Below are positions 21,013-21,494 of a stretch of DNA of 21,494 bases, piece after piece; position 1 is the stretch's first letter; each line of letters begins with the position of its first letter. The notes beneath the pieces are model-generated. The model searched no databases. It saw only the letters and a list, made by a program, of their open reading frames with translations, and had not been told where the DNA came from. The DNA is from a virus. A program made the translations under genes and the position numbers. The stretch lies in the IMG/VR virus record IMGVR_UViG_3300020215_000050, positions 1-21,494 of that record. One strand, given 5' to 3'.

Positions 21013-21353
21013 CAGACCTTCTCAGGCCACTTGACCTGACCGCCACTGAATGTCTTGTTCTTAATGAGTTCCACCTGACCAGTGTCACCATTGAACATGA
21101 AAACATCCACGGTATCTTCGTCATGGACACGAGTGATAATGGCGGGCCAACACCACTTAATGGTGTCGATGGCACCGGTCAACTGGACAATTCTTCCCAC
21201 TGATGGCTTCTGCTTGGGGATGAACCTGTACGGGTCGTCCTTGAACTCCTTGGCCTTCTCGCCGACCGTCTCCGCGGCGTCCTGGATCTTCTCGGCTGCC
21301 TCGCCGGCGATGTCGCCGATGGCCTCGCCCAGCTTCTTGAATGCGTCTCGCAT
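21012..21353 (-). CDS. hypothetical protein (helical N-half plus PSVGRIV...PAIIT domain)
   Basis: 113 aa, GGAG RBS, TGATG-coupled. Confidence 0.75.
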   Translation of the reverse strand: MRDAFKKLGEAIGDIAGEAAEKIQDAAETVGEKAKEFKDDPYRFIPKQKPSVGRIVQLTGAIDTIKWCWPAIITRVHDEDTVDVFMFNGDTGQVELIKNKTFSGGQVKWPEKV

Positions 21354-21354
21354 G

Positions 21355-21494
21355 CTAAATCTCCACTATCTTGGGGGCGTACCCCGCATGGTTCGTCTCG
21401 CCGGGGTAGCCCCGGGGATGACACACGACCCTCGTCGAGCCGATCATGTAGTCCATCGGCTCGTGGGTGTGTCCGTGTACCCACAGCTTGGGGG
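21355..21494 (-). CDS. 3' end of a calcineurin-like metallophosphoesterase (truncated by the window)
   Basis: Translates as PKLWVHGHTHEPMDYMIGSTRVVCHPRGY...; GHTH motif. Confidence 0.85.
   Translation of the reverse strand, partial: PKLWVHGHTHEPMDYMIGSTRVVCHPRGYPGETNHAGYAPKIVEI

Noticed and set aside
1-21494. CRISPR array, IS element, integrase or rRNA
   Set aside because: No regularly spaced repeats, terminal inverted repeats, transposase/integrase motifs or rRNA sequence seen

Overview
Fragment of a high-GC T4-like (myovirus) phage genome, probably infecting an alphaproteobacterium; nearly everything is on the minus strand. The right two-thirds is the T4-type replication block: clamp loader gp44 and gp62, RegA, gp43 family B DNA polymerase, UvsX and gp41 helicase. 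A three-gene ExbB/MotA-like + ExbD-like membrane module lies between regA and gene 43. The middle holds accessory genes behind sigma70-type promoters (DUF932 protein, tandem paralogues, a basic DNA-binding protein, an HExxH peptidase) and a candidate C-rich sRNA. The left ~5.3 kb is a tRNA/ncRNA cluster with nine tRNA or tRNA-like genes, most of them non-canonical: a D-armless pseudoknotted tRNA-Tyr overlapped by a Tyr-Tyr mini-ORF, an 8-nt-anticodon-loop tRNA, a long-variable-arm tRNA-Ile(UAU) and short-arm tRNA-Leu genes. The cluster also contains a CCA-ended 104-nt RNA of unknown class, other structured spacers, four or five small proteins with the T4 internal-protein capsid-targeting motif, an outer-membrane beta-barrel and a holin-like gene. 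All RNA folds were worked out by eye and no database searches were run.
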